Shown piece by piece: positions 26,977 to 38,395 of a stretch of 64,000 nucleotides of DNA (position 1 is the first letter of the stretch; every line of letters begins with the position of its first letter). A program made the position numbers and the translations under genes. A model generated the notes under the pieces. It saw nothing but the letters and a program-made list of their open reading frames with translations, did no database searches and had not been told where the DNA came from. Source of the DNA: Ranitomeya imitator (taxonomy: Eukaryota). The DNA lies in NCBI RefSeq assembly GCF_032444005.1, contig NC_091289.1, positions 156,178,001 through 156,242,000 on the forward strand, read 5' to 3'.

Positions 26977-27331
26977 CTGCAGGAAAGTAGACAGATGTAT
27001 ACATGAAAATTCCATTTATTCACCGAAAGAATTTAAAATGATATACTAAAAATATAAAAGAAAAAAAAAAAGAATATATTTGCAACTGAATAAAAAGCCT
27101 AAATCTTATAGACCATAATGAGTTATGTCCACCGTTTTCGTGGGAATACACCAAAGATTAAAAAAAAACAAAAAAAAAAACAAATATCTTAATTCCTCCA
27201 AGCTTGTAAAGACAGCAATGTTTCAACAGACGTGGTCTTTCTCAAGCTCAGGTTGAAACGCTCCTGTTTTCTCATGTATGGAGGAGGAAAGCCTATTTCG
27301 TTTTTGGTAATCCCCTGGGGAATGCTGTAAC

Positions 27332-27574
27332 CAGGGCTGTGGAGTCGATAAGCCAAACCTCCAACTCAGACTCCTCAATTTCCATGACACAGACTCAGAC
27401 TCCACCAAAATGGGCTCCGACTCAGACTCCACCAAAATGGGCTCCGACTCAGACTCCACCAAAATGGGCTCCGACTCAGACTCCACCAAAATGGGCTCCG
27501 ACTCAGACTCCACCAAAATGGGCTCCGACTCAGACTCCACCAAAATGGGCTCCGACTCAGACTCCATAGCCCTG
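27332..27574. mobile_element. hAT-type MITE carrying a 27-bp x6 minisatellite
   Basis: 8-bp TSD gctgtaac (27324-27331, 27575-27582); TIR cagggctgtggagtc / gactccatagccctg; unit gactcagactccaccaaaatgggctcc x6 at 27392-27553. Confidence 0.9.
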
Positions 27575-27699
27575 GCTGTAACTGCTCTATATGGATGAAC
27601 ATTTTGTACAGAGTCGATCCCTCTGTATTTTATGGTCTTTGCTCCTCCCTTCACTTTGAGAGTTCTGCAGATAAGCTGGAGCTTTTTTCTCATTCATAA

Positions 27700-28088
27700 A
27701 TGGGTTGTCCACTACTAGGACAACCCCTTTTCAATCTGAATGTTTGCCCTGTTAAAATAATAAAAAAAAACCCCTATATTTCTCTCCCGTGTCGGCACTC
27801 GCAGTGAGGTTACGTCACGTGAGACATGTGGCTGGCCGCTGACTTCCCTTGGTTACTTACACATCTGAAGGTGGGGCCAGTGATGCTAGCGCTGATTGGG
27901 CGCAGGGCTCACGTGACATAACTTCACGTGAGCCCTGGGAATGCAAGTGAACACACCGCTGGACGGCGCCGTTACTGGAGGCAAGTAGAGTTTTTTTTAT
28001 TTAATTTTAATTATTTTTTTTTTTTTTTTTTTTAACAGCGGCAAACATTCAGATTGAAAAGGGGTTATCCTACTAGTGGACAACCCCT
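27700..28088. mobile_element. T2/Kolobok-type MITE
   Basis: Termini atgggttgtccactactaggacaacccc / ggggttatcctactagtggacaacccct followed by TTAA. Confidence 0.7.
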
Positions 28089-28189
28089 TTAAATAAAGTC
28101 TGTCATACTCTAACACACAAATTAAACTAAGCACAAGGTCATATAGGGGAATCAGGACCTGCATAAAAAAAAAAACTTTATTGAATTGA

Positions 28190-28841
28190 AGAGGTTGTCC
28201 ACAATTCAGACATAACCTTCTCAATCCCTATATTTCCCCCTTGTAAAATAACACATACTCTCCTCCGGTGATCGTTCCAGTATTGTCGGCACTGGCTCTC
28301 CCAGGGGTCGTGTGACATTTTAGGTCTTTTATCAGAGCTGGCTTTACTCTCCCAAACTTTGAACGTATTACATATACCCTAGGTGAGAGCCTTAGGTTTC
28401 TCTTCAGGCAGAATAACATGCAGGGATGCGGGAAGATGCTGCTCGCTCACTTCCTCCAGATGTACAGGATATGTCCGAAGGCGGGGGAAAGCGAAGCTAG
28501 CGCTGATTAGGTCACGTGATCCCTCTGGCCAATATCATGCAATCCCTGGGAAAGCCAGTGCAGAAAACGCTCGAACAGTGCCACCTCCAGAGTAGAGTAT
28601 AATACCGGCATCACACTTGCGAGTGCAATGCGAGAAACTTGCATCGATACCTGGCACTCGAGACCGGAGTGTGCGGCGGCATGTATTTCTATGCAGCTGA
28701 ACACTCCGGTCCCGAGTGCTGTGTATTGATGCGCGACTTTCTCGCATTGCACTCGCAAGTGTGACCCAGCCTAAGTGCTATTATTTTACAAGGGGGAAAT
28801 TAGGGATTCAGAAAGGGTTGTCTGAGTAGTGACCAACACCT
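28190..28841. mobile_element. T2/Kolobok-type MITE with a nested Harbinger-type MITE (~28603-28771)
   Basis: Inverted ends agaggttgtcc..atttcccccttgtaaaataa / ttattttacaagggggaaat..gaccaacacct; the inner palindrome reads catcacacttgcgag...ctcgcaagtgtgacccagcc followed by taa. Confidence 0.6.
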
Positions 28842-29117
28842 TTTATCTTTGCCTGTGCGGTCCAAAAAAAATAATTTATTCAATATGAAAATTGTGATTA
28901 GTGCATTCGTGGCGTGAGTGCTCCAAGCACCGGCCCCAACTCCTCCGCATTAGCTTACCTTGCCGTGTTCCTGCATGTTATTCTGCCTGCATAGAAACCT
29001 AAGCCAGGTGTGCACAATAGTCGAGTTCGTATGTACAAACACATTCCTGTTAGTCTCTATTCTTCCAGGTGTAGACAGAGGCCACAGCAGAGAGAAGGGG
29101 GGTGTTCGACTCATTAA

Positions 29118-29296
29118 NNNNNNNNNNNNNNNNNNNNNNNNNNNNNNNNNNNNNNNNNNNNNNNNNNNNNNNNNNNNNNNNNNNNNNNNNNNNNNNNNNN
29201 NNNNNNNNNNNNNNNNNNNNNNNNNNNNNNNNNNNNNNNNNNNNNNNNNNNNNNNNNNNNNNNNNNNNNNNNNNNNNNNNNNNNNNNNNNNNNNNN
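29118..29296. other. Assembly gap (179 N)
   Basis: Run of N in the sequence. Confidence 0.98.
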
Positions 29297-29501
29297 CGTG
29301 TGGTGTGTGTGCACGCATGTTCATAGAGCGGTTTAAGGTCAGACAGCGCTCTCTCTAGGCAAGCGAGCGCTGCCAATCAACAAACCGTGAGAAAACAAGG
29401 CACGCCAATTCTGGGGCAAAGGCTGCACCAAGCACCCAAATTTACACACTGAATAGGCGTCTTTTTCTGGACATTAAAGGCAACTACCATTTTGTTAAAT
29501 A

Positions 29502-29701
29502 CAGGTCCTTCTCAAAAAATTAGCATATAGTGTTAAATTTCATTATTTACCATAATGTAATGATTACAATTAAACTTTCATATATTATAGATTCATTATC
29601 CACCAACTGAAATTTGTCACGTCTTTTATTGTTTTAATACTGATGATTTTGGCATACAACTCCTGATAACCCAAAAAACCTGTCTCAATAAATTAGCATA
29701 T
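29502..29701 (+). repeat. Tc1 left TIR (200 bp)
   Basis: Reverse complement of 30914-31113 when read base by base. Confidence 0.95.
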
Positions 29702-29779
29702 TTCACCCATCCAATCAAATAAAAGTGTTTTTTAATAACAAACAAAAAAACCATCAAATAATAATGTTCAGTTATGCAC

Positions 29780-30784
29780 TCAATACTTGGTCGGGAATCC
29801 TTTGGCAGAAATGACTGCTTCAATGCGGCGTGGCATGAAGGCAATCAGCCTGTGACACTGCTGAGATGTTATGGAGGCCCAGGATGCTTCAATAGCGGCC
29901 TTAAGCTCATCCAGAGTGTTGGGTCTTGCGTCTCTCAACTTTCTCTTCACAATATCCCACAGATTCTCTATGGGGTTCAGGTCAGGAGAGTTGGCAGGCC
30001 AATTGAGCACAGTAATACCATGGTCAGTAAACCATTTACCAGTGGTTTTGGCACTGTGAGCAGGTGCCAGGTCGTGCTGAAAAATGAAATCTTCATCTCC
30101 ATAAAGCATTTCAGCCGATGGAAGCATGAAGTGCTCCAAAATCTCCTGATAGCTAGCTGCATTGACCCTGCCCTTGATGAAACACAGTGGACCAACACCA
30201 GCAGCTGACATGGCACCCCACACCATCACTGACTGTGGGTACTTGACACTGGACTTCAGGCATTTTGGCATTTCCTTCTCCCCAGTCTTCCTCCAGACTC
30301 TGGCACCTTGATTTCCGAATGACATGCAAAATTTGCTTTCATCAGAAAAAAGTACTTGGGACCACTTAGCAACAGTCCAGTGCTGCTTCTCTGTAGCCCA
30401 GGTCAGGCGCCTCTGCCGCTGTTTATGGTTCAAAAGTGGCTTTACCTGGGGAATGCGGCACCTGTAGCCCATTTCCTGCACACGCCTGTGCACGGTGGCT
30501 CTGGATGTTTCCACACCAGACTCAGTCCACTGCTTCCTCAGGTTCCCCAAGGTCTGGAATCGGTCCTTCTCCACAATCTTCCTCAGGGTCCGGTCTCCTC
30601 TTCTCGTTGTACAGCGTTTTCTGCCACATTGTTTCCTTCCAACAGACTTACCATTGAGGTGCCTTGATACAGCACTCTGGGAACAGCCTATTTGTTGAGA
30701 AATTTCTTTCTGGGTCTTACCCTCTTGCTTGAGGGTGTCAATGATGGCCTTCTTGACATCTGTCAGGTCGCTAGTCTTACCCAT
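29780..30784 (-). CDS. Tc1 DD34E transposase, 334 aa from MGKTSDL (the frame stays open upstream to 30847)
   Basis: N-terminal HTH region, GRKR motif, WSQVLFSDES, QHD-x34-E (WPANSPDLNPIENLW) and C-terminal MPRRIEAVI..KG..TKY. Confidence 0.95.
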   Translation of the reverse strand: MGKTSDLTDVKKAIIDTLKQEGKTQKEISQQIGCSQSAVSRHLNGKSVGRKQCGRKRCTTRRGDRTLRKIVEKDRFQTLGNLRKQWTESGVETSRATVHRRVQEMGYRCRIPQVKPLLNHKQRQRRLTWATEKQHWTVAKWSQVLFSDESKFCMSFGNQGARVWRKTGEKEMPKCLKSSVKYPQSVMVWGAMSAAGVGPLCFIKGRVNAASYQEILEHFMLPSAEMLYGDEDFIFQHDLAPAHSAKTTGKWFTDHGITVLNWPANSPDLNPIENLWDIVKRKLRDARPNTLDELKAAIEASWASITSQQCHRLIAFMPRRIEAVISAKGFPTKY

Positions 30785-30913
30785 GATGGGGGTTTTGAGT
30801 AATGAACCAGGCAGGGAGTTTATAAAAGCCTCAGGTATCTTTTGCATGTGTTTAGAGTTAATTAGTTGATTCAGAAGATTAGGGTAATAGGTCGTTTAGA
30901 GAACCTTTTATTG

Positions 30914-31113
30914 ATATGCTAATTTATTGAGACAGGTTTTTTGGGTTATCAGGAGTTGTATGCCAAAATCATCAGTATTAAAACAATAAAAGACGTGACA
31001 AATTTCAGTTGGTGGATAATGAATCTATAATATATGAAAGTTTAATTGTAATCATTACATTATGGTAAATAATGAAATTTAACACTATATGCTAATTTTT
31101 TGAGAAGGACCTG
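30914..31113 (-). repeat. Tc1 right TIR (200 bp)
   Basis: Reverse complement of 29502-29701. Confidence 0.95.
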
Positions 31114-32176
31114 TATATGTGTTCTATAGGGGTTTCGTTCTACTAATTAACCATGTGCTTGGCTTAAGTTATGATTCGGGGGAGTTGTCAGGGAGTTCGC
31201 CCTTTTTCCCAGGATCATGGTCAACTATAGGCTTGTATACCGCACACATAAGATTATGAAATTGAAAAAAAATGATGAGTAAAGCCTATAACAGGCATTA
31301 CTTTTACAGCAATAAAAAATAAAATGCACCTTACACAGGAAACTAATAATAGACCTTAAAGCCACTGAGACAGAAACCCATAACCGGCATAGGATACACA
31401 ATGTGCGCATCTTCGGGCAAACATTTAGACATACACCAGGCAGCTGGTTATTATCTTATAATTTACTGCTGTATTAAATGTAATTTTTTTTTTCATGGAA
31501 ACCATTGCAGCATCTAGAGGAAGCTCAGGATCCAACCCTCCTTTTGTCACAATTACACGGGGTGGGAAAGCATGGCTGGCTGTATGTGTAATTGAACCAT
31601 TTAATCCTCTAGATTTGGAGAGACCATTATGCCTGTTGACAACTTAATACCGATATCTCAGATAGAGACGCTTGTTATTTTGGAGGAAAAAAAAAAACAA
31701 CTTTTAAAAATTGCTCCATTTACCTCACTCAGAATACGTAATTATAGAAAATGGCATTTATCGGACTCTTCCGCTATATTTAGGAGATAGAAAGACTTAA
31801 AAAGGATGATAGCAGTGGTGCAACATGAAACTTGTCGGCTCCAGTGATAAATCGCCAAATGAGCCCCAATTACCAGACAACTTTAATAGCATTGGTCCTC
31901 TCATATGCCTCCTTATGCTCCCCTGCACCTATTATTGGGTCAGATGCCTTCTTCTTGTAGTCATCCGAAGATATGCAGGAAGTGACAATTCTGTCACTAG
32001 CTAATTATGTATTTTCTATACTTTATGCTATCTAAGAGCCACACAATCTGCCAGGGTAATACATATTATATACTCCTCTGGCTGCAGTAGCGACCTGTAG
32101 CCGCATCATTACGGTATGAGAAGCGCCATGTACTATTACTTAATCTTAGCATTTTTTTTTAAATTATTTAGCTTAA

Positions 32177-34958
32177 CCCCTTAAGCCCCGAGGGTGGTTT
32201 GCATGTAAATGACCGGGCCAATTTTTACAATTCTGACCACTGTCCCTTTATGAGGTTATAACTCTGGAACGCTTCAACGGATCCCGGTGATTCTGACAAT
32301 GTTTTCTCATGACATATTGTACTTCATGATAGTGGTAAAATTTCTTCAATAAGACTTGCGTTTATTTGTAAAAAAAAAAACCAAAAAACGAAATTTGGCA
32401 AAAATTTAGAAAATTTCGCAATTTTCCAACTTTGAATTTTTATGCCCTTAAATCACAGAGATGTCACAAAAAATACTTCGTAAGTAACATTTCCCACATG
32501 TCTACTTTACATTAGCACAATTTTGGAACCAAAAATTTTTTTTGTTAGGGAGTTATAAGGGTTAAAAGTTGATCAGCAATTTCTCATTTTTACAACACCA
32601 TTTTCTTTTTAGGGACCACATCTCATTTGAAGTCATTTTTGGGGGTCTATATAATAGAAAATAACCAAATGTGACATCATCCTAAAAACTGCACCCCTCA
32701 AGGTGCTCAAAACCATATTCAAGAAGTTTATTAACCCCTCAGGTGTTTCACAGGAATTTTTGGAATGTTTAAATAAAAATGAACATTTAACTTTTTTTTC
32801 CACACAAAATTTACTTCAGCTCCAATTTGTTTTATTTTCTCAAGGGTAAGAGAAGAAAATGGACCCCAAAAGTTGTTGTGCAATTTGTCCTGAGTACACC
32901 GATACCCCATATGTGGGGGTAAACCACTGTTTGGGCGCATGGCAGAGCTCGGAAGAGAAGGAGCGCCGTCTGACTTTTCAATGCAAAATTGACTGGAATT
33001 GAGATGGGATGCCATGTTGCATCTGGAGAGCCAATGATGTGCCTAAACATTGAAACCCCCCAAAAGTGACCCCATATTGGAAACTAAACCCCCCAAGGAA
33101 CTTATCTAGAGGCGTTGTGTGAACTTTGAACCCCCAAGTGCTTCACTTCAGTGTATAACGCAGAGCCGTGAAAAGAAAAAAAATCATTTTTTCCCAGAAA
33201 AATGTTTTTTTTAGCCCCCCAAATTTGTATTTTCCCAAGGGTAACAAGAGAAATTGGACCCCAAAAGTTGTTGTCCAATTTGTCCTGAGTACGCTGATAC
33301 TCCATATGTTGGGGTAAACCCCTGTTTGGGCGCACGGAAAAGCTCAGAAGGGAAGGAGCACTGTTTTACTTTTTCAATGCAGAATTGGCTGGAATTGAGA
33401 TCGGACGCCATGTCGCATTTGGAGAGCCCCTGATGTGCCGAAACAGTGGAAACCCCCAATTCTAACTGAAACCCTAATCCCAACCCTAGCCCTAACCATA
33501 GCTCTAACCCTAACCTTAGCCTCAACCCTGCCCCTAACCCTAATCCTAACCCTAATGGGAAAATGAAAATAAATAAAATTTAATTTTATTATTTTTCCCT
33601 AACTAAGGGGGTGATGAAGGGGGTTTGATTTACTTTTATAGCGGGTTTTTTAGCAGATTTTTATGATTGGCAGCCGTCACACATTGAAAGACGCTTTTTA
33701 TTGCAAAAACTAGTTTTGCGTCTCCACATTTTGAGAGCTATAATTTTTCCATACTTTGGTCCAAAGAGTCATGTGAGGTCTTATTTTTTGCGGGACGAGT
33801 TGAAATTTTTATTGGTAATATTTTCGGGCACGTGACATTTTTTGATCGCTTTTTATTCCGATTTTTGTGAGGAAGAATGACCAAAAACCAGCTATTCATG
33901 AATTTCTTTTGGGGGGTGGCAGGGGGGCGTTTATACCATTCCACGTTTGGTAAAATGGATAAAGCAGTTTTATTCTTCAGGTCAGTACGATTACAGTGAT
34001 ATCTCATTTATATTTTTTTTTATGTTTTGGCGCTTTTATACGATAAAAACTATTTTATAGAAAAAATAATTATTTTTGCATCGCTTTATTCTGAGGACTA
34101 TAACTTTTTTATTTTTTCACTGATGATGCTGTATGGCGGCTTGTTTTTTGCGGGACAAGATGGCGATTTCAGCGGTGCCATGTTTATTTATATCCGTCTT
34201 TTTGATTGCGTGTTATTCCACTTTTTGTTCGGCGGTATGATATACAGCGTTGTTTTTTGCCTCTTTTTTTACCGCATTCACTGAAGGGGTTAACTAGCGG
34301 GACAGTTTTATAAGTGGGGTCAATAAGGACACGGCGATACTAAATATGTGTATGGTTATTGTTTTTTTATTATTTAGATAAAGAAATGTATTTATTGGAA
34401 CAATATATATATATTTTTTCTTTATTTAGGAATTATTATTTATTTATTTTTTTTTTTTTTACACTAACATTGCTCGGGGGGTGGCATCATGTTATAGGGT
34501 CAGATCGCTAATCTGACACTTTGCAGAGCACTGTGTGAGATCAGCGATCTGACATGCAGGGCTGCAGGCTTGCCAGCGCTTGCTCTGAGCAGGCGCTTGG
34601 TAAGCCACCTCCCTGCAGGACCCGGATGTAGACCCGCGGCCATTTTGGATCCAGGGCCTGCAGGGAGGAGACGCTTGGTACAAGGTGAGCATATCGCCTT
34701 GTACCGATGGTCTCAGGGAAGCCCGCAGGGAGCGATGCTTCCCTGTACCGCCAAAATGCTGCAATCATGTTTGATCGCAGTGTTCCGGGGGTTAATGACC
34801 GTTCCTGGCACATAGTGCCGGATGTCAGATTCGATAGCTGACACTCGGCCGCGCTCCCCCCATGAGCGCGGCCGATCGCATATGACATACTATCCCGTCA
34901 CTGGGAATTAAGTCCCAGGTCACCTCGACGGGATAGTATGTCATATGGGATTAAGGGG
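32177..34958. mobile_element. Non-autonomous piggyBac-type element (~2.8 kb)
   Basis: TTAA TSD (32173-32176, 34959-34962); CCCCTTAA...TTAAGGGG termini; internal ~395-bp direct repeat (starts at 32842 and 33237); no transposase ORF. Confidence 0.8.
33470..33556 (+). repeat. Degenerate (CCCTAA)n telomere-like tract inside the piggyBac-type element
   Basis: accctaatcccaaccctagccctaaccatagctctaaccctaacc..., about 14 imperfect hexamers. Confidence 0.8.
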
Positions 34959-34962
34959 TTAA

Positions 34963-35534
34963 AGGAGTTTTCCAACAAACAAAGTTCATTTTAATTAACA
35001 TTTTAATCAATAGATCTTGGAATAATAAGTTCCACAATTGGATGTGTGTAAATAAAATGTTCCTGTGCTGAGATAATCTTATAAATGTGTCCCTGCTGTG
35101 TACTGTGTAATGGTTGTGTCTGACTGTGCAGGAACATGGTCTGATCATACCACATCTCCTGGCCGGGGAGGAAGGGAAAAAAGTATACAGATATTATGAC
35201 ATGGGATTGCAAATCATTCTTTCTTTCAGCTAAAATATTGCTAAAAAAAAAAAAAAAAAAAACAGGCAGAGAAATGTTTTGCCTCACAAGAAGAATCAGC
35301 TGTGATCCCCGGCTGTAATGTATGTATACTCGCTTTTGCTCCTTCCCCTGCCCAGGAGATGTGGTATGATCAGACCATGTTCCTGCATGGTCAGACACAG
35401 CCATTACACAGCAGGGGCACATTTTAAGATTATCTCCACAAAGGAGCTTTTTTTTTTAACACATTCAGTTGTGGAACTTATTATTATTCCAAGATCTAGT
35501 GATTAAAACGTATCTGGTTCGTGGAAAAATCCCT
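34963..35534. mobile_element. T2/Kolobok-type MITE sharing its left TTAA with the piggyBac-type element
   Basis: ttaa|aggagttttcc ... ggaaaaatccct|ttaa. Confidence 0.7.
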
Positions 35535-35919
35535 TTAAAAAAAAATTCCCAAAAAGTGATAATGCTTAAAATCAGCAGGTGTTCAAATTAAGAAAAAAGA
35601 AATACTAAAAAGAATGTTATTGCTGGCACACCAAAACCATTTATCATGATTAGAAAGTGAATGGCTTTTTATGAGGCATCAAAATCAAGCAGGATCATCA
35701 CTGATTGTAATAACAGTACCATTCAGACTGGCAGCTCCGATCAGCTTCTCTCCTCCTTGAACAGTGGAGGAAGATTACTTTCCTTTAAATAGCACTAATT
35801 ATCTTGGATTTTGTCACCTTCTACTAAATCAGCACATTTCCATATTACAAAAGAGAGAACAGGCAGCAGCAGGCTCAGGGAAGTATGGCGTCTTCTCATC
35901 TGATCTGGCTACCCATCCA

Positions 35920-36215
35920 CAATAGAGAGGAGTGCATTACTTCGCACAACCTTGAGCCACAGTCTAGGACAGTGATCTCTAGCGATGGACAGGAGCTGCC
36001 TGAATTTCCTGACCTCCCAGGTACCTCGGTGCGGCATTTGATTAGCTGGCCTGGTGTGACACACAGGTGATGATGTGCTAGTACCTCAAATCATAAGACG
36101 AGTCCCAGATCCCTGAAGGTCAGGAAATTCCAGCAGCTCCTGTTCACGGCCAGAGAGCATCGACTTGATCTGTGGCCCAGGGTTATGCGAAGTGATCCAT
36201 TCATTACACGATGGA
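35920..36215. repeat. Old imperfect inverted repeat (~100-bp arms), unclassified
   Basis: acttcgcacaacc..caggagctgcctgaatttcctgacct is the reverse complement of aggtcaggaaattccagcagctcctg..ggttatgcgaagt. Confidence 0.55.
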
Positions 36216-36344
36216 GAGTGTTTAGAAAGAAGGAGGATTGTGGAAGCTTGTCTTCGGAGATCTGGGACTGAAGAGCAGTAAGCACCATGGTCCAAGCAGG
36301 AAGGGTAACGAAGTTAGCATCAAGAGTGTTGCAATGGTCTAGGG

Positions 36345-37119
36345 CAGAGGTCTCCAACTTTTCTGACCTTGAGAGCCACCACATCCAGCTCAGAGAGATG
36401 GTCGCGAGCCACATCCAGCTCAAGAGAGATGGTCATGAGCCACATCCAGCTCAAAAGAGATGGTCGCGAGCCACATCCAGCTCAGAGAGATGGTCGCGAG
36501 CCACATCCAGCTCCAGAGAGATGGTCGCGAGCCACATCCAGCTCAAGAGAGATGGTCATGAGCCACATCCAGCTCAGAGAGATGGTCGCGAGCTACATCC
36601 AGCTCCAGAGAGATGGTCGCGAGCCACATCCAGCTCAAGAGAGATGGTCGCGAGCCACATCCAGCTCAGAGAGATGGTCGCGAGCCACATCCAGCTCAGA
36701 GAGATGGTCGCGAGCCACATCCAGCTCAGAGAGATGGTCGCGAGCCACATCCAGCTCAGAGAGATGGTCGCGAGCCACATCCAGCTCAGAGAGATGGTCG
36801 CGAGCCACATCCAGCTCCTGCCCCACTCACAGTAGTGACATGCAGACCCCCATTACCGGTATACTGACAGACAAAGCTTTTCCACTGAAATCACACCAAG
36901 TCAGTATGGAAAGCTCCAAGGTTTCCAATCACACCCACATTCGTATCTGCTCTTCTGAGCAGGGCTACAAAAAAAGTCATCAAGTAGAGATCTGTGCTTA
37001 GTACCGTAACGGTTTGCTGCACCTGGTGCAAATGGGCCAAGCTAGCAGACAGCCGCGAGCCACATATCACAGGCCTGCGAGCCACATGTGGCTCTCGAGC
37101 TACAGGTTGGGAACCCCTG
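36345..37119. mobile_element. hAT-type non-autonomous element, 775 bp
   Basis: 8-bp TSD gtctaggg (36337-36344, 37120-37127); termini cagaggtctccaac / gttgggaacccctg. Confidence 0.88.
36373..36787. repeat. 30/31-bp minisatellite, 14 copies
   Basis: Unit gagccacatccagctc(a/c)agagagatggtcgc; copies counted at 36381, 36411, 36442 ... 36777. Confidence 0.95.
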
Positions 37120-38395
37120 GTCTAGGGCAAATTGAAGGGTCTGATCTGAATGGTCAAAGGGAATTTGTCAGCACAGATGACTGTTAAAACCAAATATGGC
37201 GCAGGCTTTAACATCCATCCCTGCCCTTTATAAAGCCAAAACTGGCACTTAAATGTTTGGCCACGCCAAGGGCGTATCGAGAACCTGTGCTTGGATTCAA
37301 CAGTCATTCTGTGCTGACAGACTCCGTTTAACGGGTTATTCTTCGGATTCTGTCTTGAGGACCACACCGCTGCCCAGGCTCCCGGCTTCCTAGGGAGTGG
37401 TGTCACCATGGTGTACATTATTCTCTGTGACATTGGCTGGTAAATACCATTGCGATTTTGCAGTCCTTAAGAGTGAAGGACAACTGTGAAAGCCAAATTC
37501 TCCGAACGTGGGGGAAAAAAATGCAAAAGCAGTTTCCACCTCTATCTAATGGGCCTTCCCAAAGCACAAAAGCCCTTATGAACTCGAAGGCCTTGGATGA
37601 CTAAGAAAACTTTGTAAGATAGATGTGTTAAATATGGAATTATTTGATGGCTGCCTGCCCAGAAGAAAAAAAAAATGTAACATTAGCAAAAATCAAAGAT
37701 ATGAAATTTTGCACCTTTTAGACAACCATATTACTAAGACAAATGGCATCAGGCTCGTCCAGAAGATTAAATGTGAATTTAATACCATGTACAACGTGTA
37801 GAGTCATTTTTCAGTTTCTACCCAGAGAATAAGGTGGGAAGTGAACTGAGAAGACCTAGACATTGTATTAATTATCCATCTGTCACTACAGGGAATGTAT
37901 CAATGGACGGCCATTATAATAAAATGCAAGCCACGCAAGTTTCTGGGTTTTATAGATTACGGATGTGGCCAATCCAAGAGGTATTCTATCCTTATCAAAG
38001 CCTTAAAACGGATTCTTTACATGGAAGCGCTTAAAGGGGCTGTTCTCTACTGAATGCCCCCTCACTATGTGATTAATAAAATAAGAAAAAAAAAAAGCAT
38101 ACTTCCCTTCCGGACCAGCGACACTCCTTTGGCTCAGAGTGGTGTTCACTTGCAATCTCGTGACATGGTCTATGTCACATGAACGCTGCACACTATCAGC
38201 AGCCAATGATGGGCTGCAGCCTTCACAGCTCAGTCGAATTCCATATGCTCCTGTATAACACATGAGGCATGCAAAGTCACCTCCATGGGTGATCTATGAC
38301 ATTTGCAATAAGCATTTGCTTTGTTCTCTCACCTATTTACATTAATGGGATTATCTGGTTTTATAAAAAAAATAAAAATAAAAAACACTGCTTAA

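Larger units (their letters stand above)
29502..31113 (-). mobile_element. Full-length Tc1 (IR-DR type) DNA transposon, 1,612 bp
   Basis: TA TSD (29500-29501, 31114-31115); 200-bp TIRs identical by eye; inner and outer direct repeat aattagcatat; uninterrupted transposase ORF. Confidence 0.97.

Noticed and set aside
27223-27693. 156-aa ORF with ESESEPILV repeats
   Set aside because: It is the 27-bp array of a hAT MITE.
28860-29499. Atypical-looking sequence flanking the N gap
   Set aside because: No repeat, ORF or structure could be recognised. It could be low-quality contig-end sequence and cannot be interpreted without reads.
36287-37001. 182- and 210-aa repetitive ORFs
   Set aside because: They derive from the 30/31-bp minisatellite inside a hAT element.
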